Source of the DNA: Felis catus
Taxonomy: Eukaryota
Assembly (NCBI RefSeq): GCF_018350175.1
Contig: NC_058373.1
Location: forward strand, 103,666,001-103,730,000
Reading direction: 5' to 3'
DNA: 64,000 bases
The translations under genes were made by a program, and so were the position numbers. Within the stretch, counting starts at the first letter, position 1. Each line of letters starts with the position of its first letter. Positions 62,584 to 64,000 of this stretch are shown here, piece after piece. Under the pieces are notes generated by a model that made no database searches, had not been told where the DNA came from, and saw only the letters and a list, made by a program, of their open reading frames with translations.

Positions 62584-64000
62584 TAGATAGAATGCGCTAC
62601 TAGAAGCTGAGTCAACAGAACTCAGCAAGTGACCGGATAGAGGAGGAGCAGAGGGGAAGGTACGAATCATTGGCCTTGCTGAGGTTTCTAGACTTGATGA
62701 CTGGTATCATAAACAGAGATGGAAATTCAGGAAGAGGAGGAACAGGCTTGCATGGAAGCCACAGAGTTTGAGGGGCTCATGGGGCCTCCCCCTGGAGGTG
62801 TCTTACAGGCAGCAGGCTGGGTGTCAGGGCACACTTGGAAGAGAGGTCACGGGACGGAGGTGTTGTAAAACCAGAAGCTCGCTGTCCCACCCGTGGTGTC
62901 CACCACTCTATAGGGTCCGCAGACCCCTGCTTGAGGTCTCCCTGGTCCAGCAGACCCTGCTCTGGCCCGGGTCCAGGCATCAGCATTTAGTGATCATTGA
63001 GACTGAGAAGGTCAACCGTGAGGCAAGGAGGCTGGGCCAAAGAGCCTTGGACCCATGGCTCCAAGGAAGGGCCTTCGTGAGGGAAAAGGGTTCTCATGGG
63101 ACCACAGGAGATCCTCTAAAATGACAAGCCAGTGCTCTCCCAAAGGAAGAAAAAAGCATTCCAGGTTCAGACGATGGAACACATAACCTTCCCTCTCTCC
63201 TGCTCTTCCCTGAGTCTCTTCAAACCCAAACCCTGTCTTCCTCGGGCTCATCTTGTGCCTACTCGTTTCTTAAGGACCACCCCATTTCACCCCATTTCTG
63301 ATTTTGCCCACATCAGACCTGAGCCTGCTCACTGCTTCAGTTCCTTCCTCTGCCCTCCCTCCAGACAGGTGCAAAAAGACTGGTTTCCTACGCGAAAAAT
63401 AAAACAGAACATGTCAGCGGATGATCCATTGTCATTACTGAAGGGCATCACCTGACAGGGAGACCTGGGGACCCAGAGGAGCTAAGTGACACCTTTGCTC
63501 CCCGGGGCAGTGTTTGAAAGTGATGTCACCCCAATGCCCAATTACAATTCACACCTTTTAACCTCCACAATCATCTGAGATCCGTATCAAGGTTGATTCC
63601 GGTAAGATGCCTCGATATTCTAAATTATTTGTCAGCCTGGCACGGCAAATAAACATTTGTGAAATTCATTTCAAAAGATGTTAACACTGGTGAAACCCAC
63701 GTGCCCCCAGAGGGATTATACAAATTTCCATGTCAAATATTTGAGGCAAAGCACTTGTAGAGAAACAGTGTTTTTTTGTGTTTTGATGCCTTTCATTTCC
63801 ATAAACTAGATTACTTTCTGAAATTACTTTCACACAGAGAACAGTTTCTATTGAATTCCAGTCAGTGAACTCCTCCGAGTGTGAGGTGAATAAAATATCT
63901 CGGGGCTGTGGGGCTTCCTTGATGCATATGCACCCATGTTGTGTAAGGAAGGCAAACCAAGTTGAGATGTTATCTTTAGAGAGCTCATGTACCCAGATCT

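Noticed and set aside
15400..64000. Prokaryote-style systems or a second protein-coding gene
   Set aside because: Sequence is mammalian intergenic DNA; no chain of spliceable coding exons or long non-repeat ORF was found. A spliced lncRNA cannot be excluded from sequence alone.

Overview
Felid (cat-like) nuclear DNA, identified by about 35 tRNA-derived carnivore SINEs (Can-SINE/SINEC family, including several near-identical young SINEC_Fc-type copies) and a feline-type L1 3' end. The first ~15.4 kb hold the last four coding exons of TMEM260 on the + strand (5135-5311, 7253-7306, 8844-8934, 13027-13281), which splice in frame through GT-AG junctions, followed by a 3' UTR with several AATAAA signals. 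In the remaining ~48 kb I see no further protein-coding gene. In human and mouse the interval downstream of TMEM260 is the 3' regulatory landscape of OTX2 (recalled synteny; OTX2 itself is not in the window). This part carries a full-length 7SK retropseudogene nested in a MaLR LTR, a twin-primed 5'-inverted L1 inside a SINE, an ERV1-type solo LTR, a hAT MITE split by four SINEs, many old L1/L2/MIR/MLT relics, and several repeat-free blocks rich in homeodomain/TCF/SOX/MEIS motifs that are candidate enhancers. I found no evidence of a wholly new gene system. The best leads are regulatory: a motif-dense block inside the TMEM260 3' UTR, a hairpin-masked polyA signal, a C-rich splice acceptor and candidate OTX2 enhancers. 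Repeat subfamily names come from recalled consensus sequences, not a database search.
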